In this document: one piece after another, positions 35,880 to 56,779 of the stretch
Layout: the number at the start of each line of letters is the position of its first letter
Position numbering within the stretch: the first letter of the stretch is position 1
DNA from: Vicugna vicugna
Lineage: Eukaryota
Direction: 5' to 3'
DNA length: 64,000 nt
Assembly (NCBI GenBank): GCA_013265495.1
Contig: MU058039.1
Coordinates: forward strand, 312,591-376,590
Program-made: the position numbers and the translations under genes
The notes under the pieces: generated by a model
Seen by the model: only the letters and a program-made list of their open reading frames with translations
Databases searched by the model: none
Told to the model about the DNA's origin: nothing

Positions 35880-36660
35880 GAGATCACGTCTGCGACTTGC
35901 TGACAAGTTTCTTCACCTAGCCGTTCGCGCAGCTTCACACAACCGTTCTCACAATGATCACTCTCTCAAGTGGTCACACACAAAATCGTGCCGCCTTACA
36001 GGGACATCACTTACTTTTACCCACACACACACACACGCGCACGCACGCGCGCGCTAAGACTAGGCGCCAGACACGGCCGGTCTCCGACCCGGGGCTCAGA
36101 CGACGCCTCACCCTCAGCTTCCCCGGCAGTCCACCGGCAGTCCACCTAACAATCCGCGATCCCCCCGCCGCTGCGCCGCTCAACTCGTTCCAGCACAGCA
36201 GGGCTGACAACCTCGAGGGGAAGTGACGTTACACCCGCAGACTTCTGGAAATTGTAGTCCAGGACCAAAAGACCGGAGAGAAACGGCAATCCGAGCCCCC
36301 TGAGCACTCCTCAGCACGGTAATTTCTCGGAGGTACCAGCCGCGACCTGCGGCTCGTCCGCCGACTGCGGCTCATCACTCCGCCGGGCCGCCGTCCCGGC
36401 CGTGCCCTGCGGCGCCCTCGCTCGCGTTCTAGCCGGAAGCTGATTTCCGCCGCGGGGACTTCTGGGACGTGTAGTGTATCCTAGGAGATGCGGGATCTCT
36501 CAGCCCCAGTTTAGGCACTGCCAAGGTGAACGCCGACACTGAGTCGCAGGCCTGTGTGGGAGGAGGGCATAGGGAGAGACCCTAGTGACCCTTTACTGCT
36601 GGTGTGAGTGCCTTTGCTTCCGTTTGTGACCTCGGGGTGTGGTTATGCTGCTGTTTTTAC
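35880..36660. promoter_or_regulatory. CpG-island promoter of gene 1 (exon 1 ~36112-36230, minus), possibly bidirectional
   Basis: CpG-rich; minus-strand GGACTACAATTTCCAGA (36244-36260) and ACTACACGTCCCAGA (36461-36475); GGAAGTGACGT ETS-CRE overlap ~36219; CCGGAAG ~36433; donor AGG|GTGAGG at 36111. Confidence 0.85.
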
Positions 36661-37499
36661 GGTTAAAAAAAGTAAGTGTTTAAAGCACAGATTTTGAATA
36701 TAACATCCAAATCATTAGATTAAAGCTGAATGAATTTTCATAAATAGCTAAAACCCGTGTAACTAGCACCTCAAAAGTCCCCTGCCAGTCTCCTGTAAAG
36801 ATATCTATCACATGACTATCACAGCACAGAATAGTTTTGACAGATTTTGAACTTTACATAAATAGAATCGTATTTTGTGTACGTTTTTTCCCCCTTTGAC
36901 TTCTTTTGCTAAATATTTTGTTTGTGAGATTAATCAATAAAGTTCATTTATTCTTACTGTTGATGGTATTTGGCTTGTTTTTCAGAATGAGGCTACTAGG
37001 AATAGTGCTCTTGAACAGTCTCCTTTGTGTCTTTTGCTGTGTATATGTGTGCATCTTGGTTTCAACCATACTTTGAAGGGCAATTGCTGGGTCATAGGTT
37101 ATGCATATGTTTATAGCATACATTGCTGAACAATTTTGCAAAATGGTTTTCCATTTGCAGCTATCTATTATAGTTCCAGTTGCTTTGCATCCTAACATAC
37201 ACTTAATGTATGTGTTTCCTTTTAATCTTTCTGGTGGGTGCATGGTGGTTTTAATTTGAATTTCCCTGATGTGTCCTTTTGTATAACTTCTGTAACAGGG
37301 GAAGGTACCCAGCCAGCTTTAGCATTTATTGCAGACAAAGAGGAAGAGGACCAAAAGAATCTAGATCCTCTTGTAGGTCTGTGCTGTTTGGATTGATGTT
37401 GATGCAGTGCCTTAAATAGTGCCTCTCTTTCCTTACCCGCTTGAAGACCAAATAGGACTGGAGTAAAGGCAAAGGTCCATCCTTCTCTAAGAGGGACCC

Positions 37500-38885
37500 A
37501 AGGCCACATTACTGATCAAGGTATATGTGGGACTTGACAGTGACCAAGGTTGCCAAACATTTTAAGCCCTTTTGGACATTGGGACAGAAGTTATTGTGGT
37601 GCCAGGAAGCACCTTTGGACATGATCAAAAAAATTACTTGAACTGGATTTGGAAATAATCCTGAGATTGGACAAAACTTTATAGGTGGGCTCTTTTGGCA
37701 CAGTACCCACTCAAGTGGTTGTAACCGATACTGCTGAATCTGTTGTGGAAACGCATGTGTTAATTATAGGTAATAGTTCTCAGTCATAAGGGATGCTCCC
37801 AGTGGGGAAGTGCCATGATTAGAACAGTGGTAGTAGCACAAGTACAGAAGCTGGAGCCTACTAGACTTCTCCAATGTAGTCATGTAGTTATTGTGAAGCA
37901 TTATAGGATACTGGGAAGGAGACAGGAAATGGAAGAGGTTAGAAATCACTATACTGATCAAGGAGCTAGTGGAGGTAGAGGTGCTTAAAGAAACTATTGT
38001 CATATAAGAGCCGTCAGTGGCTTTTGAAAAAGACCATGTTATTTGGCGCTGGACTGTGGACTACCACAAGCTCAGTGTGGCAGTAGTCTCTGTCAACATG
38101 CAGTTCCAGTATTAACAACCACAGAGTCATAATGCAGACTGAAGGTGTCTGTCTGGCAGTGGTTGGTGGACATTGCTAATGCCCTCTCAGCATCCTGCTG
38201 CATTCTGAAGATCAATACTGATTTGCCTTCTCAAGGTTCTAGTTACCTTTATTGTATCATGTTACCACAGGCTGCTTAAACTCTTCACAGTTCATCACTA
38301 GTGAATACGCTGAGACCTAAAAAAGCTGAAATATTACCAGAGGTGTCCTGGTACCATTATGCTGATGGCACTATTCTGATTGGAAGGGCTAAGGACAGCA
38401 TATCAACTGCCTTTCAGAAGATGAGTAAATATCTGAACCAGGGCTGGAAGGTTAACATCCCAGTAAGGTACAGGGGCTAAGCACTGAAATAACAGTCTTT
38501 GGAATCTTGTGGGCTGATGCCCAGAGGAAAAGCTTTGAGCTTTTAAAAGAAAAGCTGTTGGCCTTAAAAGCTCCAGCAAACAAAAATGAGGCCCAACATC
38601 TGATAGACTTGTTTGGGTCCTGGAGGCATTTCATACCTCACATGAGGCTCCTACTGAACATAAGATCAATCAAAAGGGATATTGTCCAACAACAGGCCCT
38701 AGAAACTATCCAACAAGCTGTACAGACCACCTTTCCATTCTGGCCAGTCAGCCCTAACAAGCCTTTTGAGCTTGAAGTGGCAGCAACCGAGTTATGCAGA
38801 CTGGAGCCTCTGGCAAAAAGATGTGGCCACTAGATAAAGGCATCCCCTTGGGTTTTGGACATGGCACATGCTACAGCAGCACCTC
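37500..38885 (+). mobile_element. Class III (ERV-L) endogenous retrovirus pro-pol relic
   Basis: Decayed motifs LLDIGTEV (protease), WRWTVDYHKL, DIANA, LPQ.LNS, HYADGTILIG (YxDD region), KEKLLALKAP...EAQHLIDLFGSWRHFIPH, PLGFW; stops and frameshifts. Confidence 0.85.
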
Positions 38886-38899
38886 ACCTCTGGTATCAA

Positions 38900-39440
38900 G
38901 ATCTATTTGTTTTCTATTATTGCATAACAAGTTAATAAAAACGTAGCACCTTGAAACAACACCCATTTATTAGCTCACGGTTCTGTAGGTCAGAAATTGG
39001 TGTCATAGGCTTAATCAAGATGTTAGCTGGCCTGAGTTCTCATTTAGCGGATCTGAAGAAAAATCTACTTCCAAGCTTATTCTGGTTGGCAGATTTCAGT
39101 TCCTTGTGTTGTAGGACTGAAGTCCCTGTTTCCTTGCTGGCTGTCAGCTGGGGAACACTCTCAGGTATTTTCCAAATGGCAGTTCACAGCATGTGTGTTT
39201 GCTTTTTTCAGTCCAGCTAGAATACATCTCTCTGACTTCCTTTTTTAACTACCAGTCAGCTCATGTTAGATTTAGTTTAGGCCAGTCTAAATAAACTCTC
39301 TATCTTAAGGTCTCTGATTAGTCCGCTTAATTATATCCATGAAATCTCTCTTGCCATGCATTGTAACATAATCACAGCAGTAACAACAGAAAGTGTAGAT
39401 CACAAGGGGACTTCTTAGAATTCTACCTACCACAGCTATG
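38900..39440 (-). mobile_element. MaLR MLT1-type LTR
   Basis: 'tgcataacaa...aaacaacacccatttattagctcacggttctgtaggtcagaa...ttagaattctacctaccaca'. Confidence 0.75.
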
Positions 39441-39460
39441 GTAATCCGAACAGTGATGTT

Positions 39461-39469
39461 GCGCGCGCG

Positions 39470-39514
<45 letters not shown>
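39461..39514. repeat. (GC)9(AC)18 compound microsatellite
   Basis: Directly visible. Confidence 0.95.
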
Positions 39515-39516
<2 letters not shown>

Positions 39517-39579
39517 CAAACAGACTACAACTGAAAATCAAAAGATAGTAACTTTATTTAGAAAAAATTTCCACATCAG

Positions 39580-40270
39580 TTCAGTGGAGAAAGGATAGTC
39601 TTTTCAGTAAATGGTGCTGGAACAATTAGACATACACAAGGAAAAAAAGAACCTTATCCTTACCTTACATAGTACACAAAATTGACGCAAGATTTTCTTT
39701 GACAAAATGGTCATTAGGCCTAAATGTAAATATTAATATAACTTTAGAAGAACATATAAAAAAGAATCCATGTTGCTAGAATAGGCAAAGGTTTATTAAA
39801 CAGGACACAAAACATACAAACCATAAAAGAAAAAGTAATTAGGATTTCATTAAAGAAATGTTCGTCAAGACACAAAGAAGAGAGTGAAAAGATAAGCTGC
39901 AGACTTGGAAAAGTCTTTGTAATACATTATGGACTTATATCATAAATATAAAAAGAGCTCTTCTACAAATAAATAGGAAATAGTGACAAACAACCAAATA
40001 AAAATAGGCAAGAAGCTTGAACAGACACTCCACGAAAGAGTATATTTCAATGGCTAACAAATAGCATAGGAAAAGATGCCAAAAGTCCATACTTCTCAGA
40101 GAAATGCAAAATAAAATCACAATGTGATTCTACTATATGCCCAATAAAATAGTTAAAATTGAAATGAATCACAATACCAATTGTTGATAAGGATGTGGAT
40201 GGACCCAACAGAAATCTCATACTTTGCTAATAGGAATACAAAATGGCAGAGCCACTTTGCAAAATTGGCA
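39580..40270 (+). mobile_element. Old L1 ORF2 3' fragment
   Basis: 'aaggatagtcttttcagtaaatggtgctggaacaa...gaaatgcaaaataaaatcacaatg'. Confidence 0.7.
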
Positions 40271-43116
40271 GCATGCAGTAGGCAGGATAATGTTCCCCAG
40301 AGATGTTCACAGCCTGTATATATTAGGGTTCTCCAGAAAAAAAATATATGTATATATTTATATATTCTGTTAACCTAGAATCCTGTACCCAGAAAGTATC
40401 TTCCAAAAATTAAGATAAAATACTTATTCTGACAAACAAAGCTGAAGTAATATAATGGCAGTATACTTGCAATAAAATAAATGCTAAAGGAAATTTTTGA
40501 TGTAGAAGGAAAATTATGCCAGATGGATCAAACTTTTTCAAAGAATTTTTTGGACTTTGTGTAAATTATAAATACGGTTCAGCTTTTTTGGATTGAACAA
40601 TCACCCAGATTTAACTGAATACATTTGTGAATTGAAATTACTGATTTATTTAGGATGTTATACAAATATTCATAATTGGTACCAGAAGTTTTGTTTTGCC
40701 CTTTAAGTTTAAAATTAAGGTTATGCAAGAGTCACAGAATTAAATGTCAAGCTTTCATGTTTAAGTATGTTATGAGGAACTCTTAAAGTTTTGGGAATTT
40801 TGCCTATAAAAATGATCAGGCAATATCTTTAGAAATGGCTAATTGTTTTATTAAGTTTTTTTCTCTCTTGAGTGTTCCCATTTCTCTTGACTCAAATCTG
40901 GAGATTTCTGTTTTTGAAGGATAAACATTTTACATTTTAAAAATTATTAGTAAAAAGGGTACGTATGTTAACCATAAAATCTCTATTTTGTCGTAATATC
41001 AATTTCTCAGCCATAATGCTTATCTCTCCTCTTTTTTTCCACCAGAACTTCTACACTGTTTTCTTCACGAAACACCATTTATGCTATTTCATCTGTTTAG
41101 ACTTCGTTATTGTATTTATTATTTTGCCTTCATTTTTTCAAATACATTCCATTATCTTTAGATATTTCTGGGATTTTTCTTGAAACTATACACTCATTTT
41201 AAATTGTTTTAGTATTTTAATACATTCATGAATGTAGAGCTGTAGGTTTTCTTCTATGTAGTTTTGTCAGGCACCATTTTCTATGTAGAATACACACTAT
41301 GATTTATTCCTAGAGACGCTAGTTTGTGTTGTTTTCATCCTTAATCAAAGGATAATTTAGATGAGAATTGAATTAGTATTTATATATTTTGGCTACCCAA
41401 TGTGTTCTCTTATAAGTTAGATAATGTGTTCTATACTATTACCACTTTTTGTACTCCTCTCACTGTTCTGTGATAGTTGTGGTCTCAACCACCTATTCAC
41501 ATTGATACACATTTTCACGCTGGTCTATTATAATTCAGCATAACGATTGAGTTCTACAGGAAGGATTCACTACATTATAACATCTTTATTTAATTTTGGC
41601 TTTAAGGGTTTTTTCCAATATGAAGTGTCTTATTATTGTGTAAAGTATATATCGTGGTTAAACGCCATTCCATAAATAAAACGGATGAACATAACAGTTG
41701 CCAACATTTACTGAACAAGTCACCAGTTACATACATGAGTTCATAACCCATGTAATCTTCAATACACTCCTATGGCAGTTACTATAGTCACCTCCATTTT
41801 GCCATGCTTGAAATATAATACATAAGATTGAAAGCAATATTACATTTCTACAGATTATAATTATATACAAACATATATACTTATATATATGTCTGTATAA
41901 CACAGGGAACTATATTCAATATCTTGTAATAACCTTTAATGAAAAAGAAGATAAAAGGCTCTTGAATGAAACTGCCATCATTGGTAAATTTAGGGGAGAA
42001 ACTAGGGTCAGGGAAATAATCAAAAGGGCGTTTAGCTTATCTGTAATGTTTAAAAATGTTTTAAGTTTAAGGCACTCATGGATTACTTCAGAAATAAAAA
42101 ATAAAGCAGACAAGTACACAAAATGTGAAAACAGGATGTTGAAAGGAGCACTGTTTATAAAAGCAAAATTTAGAATGTAGATATGTTTTATCAATAGATT
42201 AGTAAAACAATAATGGGGCCACGAGATAAGCACTAACTCAATTCAAGTAAGGATAATGATGTATTTACTGACTTAGAAAACTGTTCATGATGTAGTCTGT
42301 CATAGGATTTATGAAATATATTTTCTTTAAAATTTTTCTGAAAGGATTTGACAATTTGAGAGTGGTTATTAAAATGGTTGATAGAATTAAAGATTTCTTT
42401 TGTGCCCTTTGAATTCCTCTGAAAAAAATTATCCTCCAGTAAAATATTAATATTCAAAGGAACTCTCTTCAAAAAAGTTGTACAGTTCTATTTATATTGT
42501 TATATTAAAAGTAAAATAATTAAGACAAAGAGGTACAGATACAATTACAGACATATATGTATATACATATACACACACATACATATGAATGATACTTCAA
42601 TTGTTTCCCTGAAACTTAAGCTTATATAAATAAGAATATATCAACAAACCAGTAGGAAAAGCAACTAGAAAGAATAAGTAGTGATGGGTTCAGAATCTTG
42701 GAGAAAAAGAAGTCAACTCAGAACTGTAATGCACAACTAAAAATTAAATTAATTAATAGTGATAGTAAATTAATTTTAACGATCAGTAAATATACATAGG
42801 ACTAAAATACCTTAGAATTAAATTAGGAAAAATAAAATGAAATCCCAGCGCTATTCCTTAATAAATTCTCTCATGTTGAAGGTTGATCTGCAAAAAAAAG
42901 TTTGCATTTTCCTCATTCACAGTTATAAATTCTGATATTAAGTAAGGAATGAACTGTTGATGAAGGTCTTCTGACATTTGCTGTATTCTTAAGCATTTAG
43001 GTTGTGAAAAGCAAATAAAAGCCTCTTCATATTAATTATGGGATATCTCATCAGCAGGAACTCCTATCTCAAATTAGGTAAAATTCATACTTGAATGCCT
43101 CTCCCACAGATACTTT

Positions 43117-51595
<8,479 letters not shown>

Positions 51596-51604
<9 letters not shown>

Positions 51605-51668
51605 GGCTTTCAGTCTTTTCAGGGAATGCGCGATCCTCAGGGCTCATCTTCTGAAAAAGGGCAGAGTC
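51596..51668 (-). CDS. Gene 2 start-codon exon (5' UTR + MTQ)
   Basis: cAG|GACTCTGC...AAAGCCATGACCCAG|GTGAGG; begins like gene 1's ATG exon; ATG 51604-51602. Confidence 0.8.
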
Positions 51669-51819
51669 CTGAGCCTGCAGGCCAGGCAGAGCAGCGCCGG
51701 CCTCCCAGTTTCCAGAACAACCCCGTTCAAACGGCAGTCCTTTATCTTACTGTCCCCTCTTTCCATTTCACATGGACACACTGACAGGAATGGGAGGGAG
51801 ACCGGACAAATCCTATCCC

Positions 51820-52600
51820 TTCCCTAAACCAGAGACCCGGGGCTCCAGCTGCAGCAGAATGACCTCTGGACGGCTGACCGCGTCTGGAGACGCGGACGCG
51901 ACGCCCCTATTCCGGGCCACCTTATTTCTGAGCGTCCCTGTGTCCTCGTTACACCTGTGAAGCAGGACTCCGGTGAGACTACACCTACAGCATTAAGACT
52001 CGCCTCATTTAAGACCCTGACCCGAAGACGCGCCCAAATTCCGGCCCCAGACCAAAGATCCGGGGCACTGCTGTCCTCAGGGAGGCCACCTCTCCCCTGA
52101 GCACAGCTGATCAGTCAGCCCTGGACGTGCCCACATATAAATCACTCTCCCGGTGTCAAAGGCGCTGCTCGCTGATAACCAAGCCCAACTCGCTAAGACC
52201 ACGGCGACAGATATACAGAAAGTTTACCGGATGTAAGGTCTCCAGTCGCAGGGTAGTGCTTATGCCCATTTGGGTCTGGCCCGAAGTCACTCCCACACCG
52301 CGAGCCTTTCAACCCTAAGAGGGCCGCTTCGTCGTGCCAAGTAGGGATTGGAGTAGATAAGACGCCTCAGGGAACTGTACTAACGACGCTGTAGACAAAG
52401 CGGAGCCGGCAAACTGCTTCTGCGCCAGCGCAGTTGGAAGCTTCGCGACGTTTGAACTACAATCCCCAGAATCCTTTGAGCCCATCCTTCACCGCCCTAG
52501 ACAGCGCCACCCTGCCTACACCGCCTGTGCGAGACCACGCTGGCCTCTTTGGTGAACCGGCCCCGTGGGGTGGGTTGATACCCCGGCTCCGCTCTTGTTA
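51820..52600. promoter_or_regulatory. CpG-rich promoter region of gene 2
   Basis: CpG enrichment; AACTACAATCCCCAGAATCC at 52455-52474 (ZNF143/THAP11-type motif). Confidence 0.75.
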
Positions 52601-52939
52601 CTCAGCAGCTAATATTGCTCAATGCCTGTGTGGTGGATAGTTGGCAATGCCCTTGGCTCAGTCGGTCCCATCTGAGAAGTCATTCCTCTGTTCAGAAAAC
52701 TTTAGAATACAGGCTAATAAAAGTTTAGTGACAGTTAAAACTAGAAATGGAGTGCGGCCTAAGATTGATTTTTTAACAATTTAAAATTTCTGCTTGGGGT
52801 ATAAAATTGACTAATTTTTGCATATGCTAAATAAAAATTTTTAAAAAGTGCTATAAGGAGAAAAAAATGAACACCTTGCATCCTCATCTCCAGACACCTC
52901 ATACTCTCCAAGCAACCAGGGCATTCACCACCTTTCCAC

Positions 52940-53426
52940 TGTCAACTGAAATAAATGCACAACCTAAAAGCTGAGAATTATGTTTTACTCGGTGGATAAT
53001 TCTGAGGACTCAGCCCGGGATAATAGCCTCTCAGATGACTCTGAGGGACTGCTCCAAAGAGATAGGGGAGGAGCTAGGATATATTGGAGTTTTACAACAA
53101 AGACCAGGTAGTCAGAACGTTAAAAGAATATTTGTTAACTGAAGAAAACCAGACATCTCAAGTTAAAGAATTTAGCGATTTTCTATGTATGGGAGGAAGC
53201 AAATATTTGGGCTTATTGAATTTATTCCTTTGACAAGCATCTAGCTATCTAGGGCCAGTATCCTGTCTTTTCTTATTCTGAGTCCCCTCAGAGTGCACAG
53301 TTGTGAGTGGCTGCAGAGGCTGGGCTGCAGGCTTGTCTTCACTGAGGGGTGGCAGCAGCTGCTGATAACTTAATGGCTTCATCATTCCTTGTTTACTGAC
53401 ATGGCTTGAAGTATTTTTCGTTCACA
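52940..53426. mobile_element. Full-length solo LTR (487 bp), ERV1 class, resembling cetartiodactyl MER41-like LTRs
   Basis: TG...CA termini with 4-bp TSD CCAC (52936-52939 and 53427-53430); family name from recall. Confidence 0.8.
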
Positions 53427-55810
53427 CCACCGTGACAATAGGTGCGTGTCAGTTTATTTCTATGCATGTGCCTGAGTTCATATATACAGATAAATATGAT
53501 ACATTTTAAACAAAAATATTAGCTTGTTGGAGGGGTAGGGGATTAAAATAAAAATATATATTAGCTTGTTATACACACAAAATATTGTTTGTAACTTTCA
53601 TATTACTATATAGATACCTTGTTCTTTTAATTTGCTGTACATTTCCATTAAATAAATAGATGTATGATAATTTAACCAATTTATAACTGTAACTGACTCC
53701 TCTCCCCTAGTCTTTTGCTGTTAGGCTGGTGCCATAAATTATATTCTTTGTGGATATGTCTGGGGAAATCTGTTACATAAATTCCTCCACAAATTCTAGA
53801 GAAATGAATACCTGAGTTTTCTTTTGATAAGTATTTTGCTACTGCCTTCCTTTAGGTTTTATCAATTCAGCTGTCCACTATCAACATGTAAATTAGATAC
53901 ACAATTTCCTTACTTTGTCAATCTGGTGGATGGATATTGCATTTCTAAATTATATATATCTTACTGAGATGGGAGTAAAAATTTCCAAAGGGGTAAAAAC
54001 TTCTTTGCAGTTTCTGTGATATATTTTTTCATACTTGCTCATTTTCTATTAGGTCATTGTTTATATTTTCTCTTAATGATTTGTATTGCCTATTTTTGTT
54101 ATTAAGTAATACTGACTATTTTCAATTTTTAAAGTGTCCAGTTTGGGATTTATATTTTGATTTTCAATAGTGTTTCCAGTTTGCCATATAAAAGTAGACA
54201 AATACATTTTTTCTACAATGGTTTTCCTATATGGTTTTGTGTTACTTTAACCTTATTATTTTCCTCCATGTTTTTCTCTAAGATTTTATGGTTTAGTCTT
54301 ACATTTTATAATTCTTAGTCTACATCTTTGATCTATTTGCATTTAATTTTGTTTTGAGCTGTGCATTAGGATTCTATTTTTTTTTTTTTGAAATCTCCTC
54401 TGTATGGCTACCCTATTATATTAAGCCATTTAATGGATAATCTGTTTTACAGATATGTCCATGTTTTACACAAGTCCTGTGAACCAATACATTCTCTAAT
54501 ATAACCACAATAAATTCTCAGGAAATTTAACAATTACAATATTATGATCTAATATATAGTACATATTCAGATTTCTCCCAAATATCCCAACAATTTCTAA
54601 AGCTTTTTAAATCCAAAATACAAAGATCATTCACTATTTTAGTTGTCATATATCATTATTCTTCTTTGATTTGGAACAGTTCACAGCTTTCTTGTACTTC
54701 AAAGCCATATTTTTGGTGTCCAGACTGCTTTTCTCCCCCCAAATGTCCTTCTAAACATTTTAAAAAATTCCCCATGTTCCAGGCTAAATATTTTTGACAA
54801 GAATACTCCATGGGTGATAGTGTCCTTAATGCATCACATCAGGAGCCACATAATGTCACTTTATCCCATTTGTTGCATTAATTTACTTCCTTAAGCTTGT
54901 GGTCAACAGCCCTATCCACTGTAAAGCTATCTTTTCTACCTTTTTTTTTTTTTTTTTTTACTATTGAGTAAGCTATGGAGTGATGTTTTCAGACTGTTTG
55001 AAAAAATATGTATACAAATTTGTCTTATCTTTGCCACATGGCTACTAAAAACATTTGTTGAAAATCTATATGTAAAATGATATATATATGAAATAATACA
55101 TCCAAATGCTCAAGATTTATAACAATTCAGAAAGGTATTAAATTATCAAAAATGCCTTCATTACCATATACTACCTTTCCTATCTGTTTGGATATATAGC
55201 TGGAATTTTAGTTCTAGTCATCCATTATCTTTTTGCTAGAGCTAGACTCTTGATTATTGTAGAACTGAAATATACCTTAATGTCTAATAGTTCTAATTAA
55301 CCAATTTTTATTATTCTTTTTCAGAATTTTACTGGTTTTTCTGGTCTTTTTATTTTTCTCCATAGACTTTAGAATTAGCTCATATGTTTAAAAAATTCTT
55401 GAGTAGTTTTAATGGAGAGTGCATCACATTTATAACCTAAGGAACTGTGATATCTTGATGATGTTAGCACTGCAATTTCAGAACATGTTATATTCTCTCA
55501 CTTTTTCATCTTGTGAGTGCTTTAGAAATTTTAAATTATTTTTCCATATTGGTCATGGATATTTCTATTTAATTTTATTTGTGATAACTCAAATTTTTTG
55601 TGACTACTTAAGTAAAAGAATTTTTTTTCTATTGAAACTTCTATTTCTTAAGACTATTTGCACATGAGTTAATTGATTTCTGTATGTTAATTTTCTACCA
55701 AGGCAACTTCAGATTGGTCTCTCTCATAGTTTAAAAGGATGATAAAATACAGCTTTTTTCAATAAGCCTGTGTGATGTAATTTTTTTGCAATTTTGGAAG
55801 TGGTCTATAA

Positions 55811-55968
55811 TACATTGTCCAATACAATGGCCACTGGCCACAGGTAGTTACTGAGTGCTTGAAACGTGTCTAATGAGGCAGAGGAAATGAATTTTAAATT
55901 TTATTTATTTTAAATCTAAATTTAAATAGCTGCATGTGGGTTACTGGCTAAGGTATTGGACATTGCAG
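55811..55968. mobile_element. MER3 (hAT-Charlie MITE)
   Basis: Palindromic ends 'cattgtccaatac...ccactggccaca' / 'catgtgggttactggct...gtattggacattgcag' with AT-rich centre. Confidence 0.85.
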
Positions 55969-55974
55969 GGTAAA

Positions 55975-56462
55975 GATGTCAAAAAAGCTGAGAAATGGGA
56001 TTGGTTATGTTGTATAAAGTCTGAGCCACTATTCAGATACTTCCCACAGTCTCCACATTCATAGGGTCTCATACCAATAGGCACTATATGATATAAACTA
56101 AGTTTTGAAGTCCTACTAAGGGCCTCCCTATATTCTTTATAGTCAGAATTTTTTTTTCTTGCCAGTTTGACTTTCTTGATAAGTACTAAGTTGTGAGTCT
56201 TGTCCACAGGCATTTTTATGTTTTTTGCATTCACAAGACTTCTCTTTAGTATTAAATGTTTCATGTAGAGAAAAAAGTGTATGCTGAAAGGAAGTGGGCA
56301 TGTCTTCAGCGGTAAATGACATTTGGCTAAAATATCTTTCCTGAGATCCCTTTTTAAGTCCATGCTTCGTAAATTCTTCCATTATAACCCATTGTGATGA
56401 ATCTGTTTCATAATTTTCCTCTTTCAGAAATAATTTCTTGTTCTCACACCTAGATTTATATT
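55975..56462 (-). pseudogene. Disrupted zinc-finger exon of a third KRAB-ZNF paralogue
   Basis: ctttcAG acceptor at 56464-56463; EYKSRCENKKLFLKEENYETDSSQW spacer homologous to genes 1/2; stop at 56145-56143 after an A-run; finger-like PYECGDCGKYLNSGSDFIQH only in another frame. Confidence 0.8.
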
Positions 56463-56779
56463 CTGAAAGAAAATACAAATAAAAACATTCACTTTTTTTC
56501 TTGGAAGACACAAAACTTAGAATAAAAAAGGAAGAATTACAATGACAATGTCTATAAATGTGAATAGAATATAAAGTTCTGATATGATGGTGCAATTTAA
56601 GAGATAAAGAAGATTTAGAAATTGAAAAGTGATATAGGAAGGTAAAGGGAAGGTGATTAGGAAAAGATTAAAATCAGTGATTGTTAAATTGTGGAACAAA
56701 TTCAAAGTATGCTTTGGCAAAAAAGAAAGTTTGATAATGTAGCTTGTTGAAAGACTATAGGTAAATAAGTCTCTCTCAC

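Noticed and set aside
38507..38833. 108-aa ORF as a possible domesticated retroviral gene
   Set aside because: Short open stretch within a heavily disrupted ERV-L pol; no start context or intact catalytic motifs
51921..51954. Candidate 34-bp 5' UTR exon of gene 2
   Set aside because: Acceptor is plausible (ttcacAG|GTG) but the donor GTGGCC is weak; unsupported without RNA data
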